Positions 63,822 through 64,000 of a stretch of 64,000 bases of DNA are shown here, piece by piece. Made by a program: the position numbers and the translations under genes. The stretch lies in the IMG/VR virus record IMGVR_UViG_3300024259_002152, positions 286,867 to 350,866 of that record. One strand, written 5' to 3'. The notes under the pieces are model-generated. The model did no database searches. It worked only from the letters and a program-made list of their open reading frames with translations, and was not told the DNA's origin. How positions within the stretch are numbered: the stretch's first letter is position 1; each line of letters starts with the position of its first letter.

Positions 63822-64000
63822 AATGCTTAATATAGCCTTAACGACAATATGTTTTGTGATAGCAGTAGCAACTACTTCCAGGGTTTATCATATGGCGATG
63901 AATAAAATAGAGGCTAGTGAAGCTACAGTAGGTATTTTATTATTCTCTTGGGGAGCATTTATGTTCTTATTTCTATTCTGTTTCAAGGTATGGTTATCAT

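Noticed and set aside
1-64000. Stop-codon reassignment as seen in some huge phages
   Set aside because: Conserved genes are intact under the standard code, TAA, TAG and TGA all end genes, and no CTA, TTA or TCA anticodon tRNA was found.

Overview
This is a fragment of a large, AT-rich (huge/jumbo) bacteriophage or phage-plasmid genome. Essentially all credible genes lie on the + strand and use the standard genetic code. 1-17 kb: RNA ligase, ADP-ribosylglycohydrolase, metallophosphoesterase, a beta-helix protein, a kinase-like protein, a DNA methyltransferase, a split restriction-modification-like operon and a DGQHR protein. 17-37 kb: densely packed small genes including HPr, a stand-alone ClpC N-domain, a mini-prepilin, a PNKP and a nucleoside hydrolase. 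About 37 kb: a perfect parS palindrome, paired inverted repeats and a strand-skew switch (candidate origin). 40-51 kb: an RNA-gene island with 31 tRNAs covering all 20 amino acids, six Y-RNA (YrlA)-like RNAs with variable cargo, five tRNA-like RNAs with rebuilt arms, other structured RNAs, two HNH genes and a cold-shock gene. 52-64 kb: GHKL ATPase, SPFH protein, WGR-PARP, LAGLIDADG endonuclease and macrodomain. A TTCCAGACAA motif marks at least 21 gene-module boundaries. The HPr, ClpC-N and prepilin sequences suggest a Planctomycetota host (inference). All calls were made by eye; no searches or folding programs were run.
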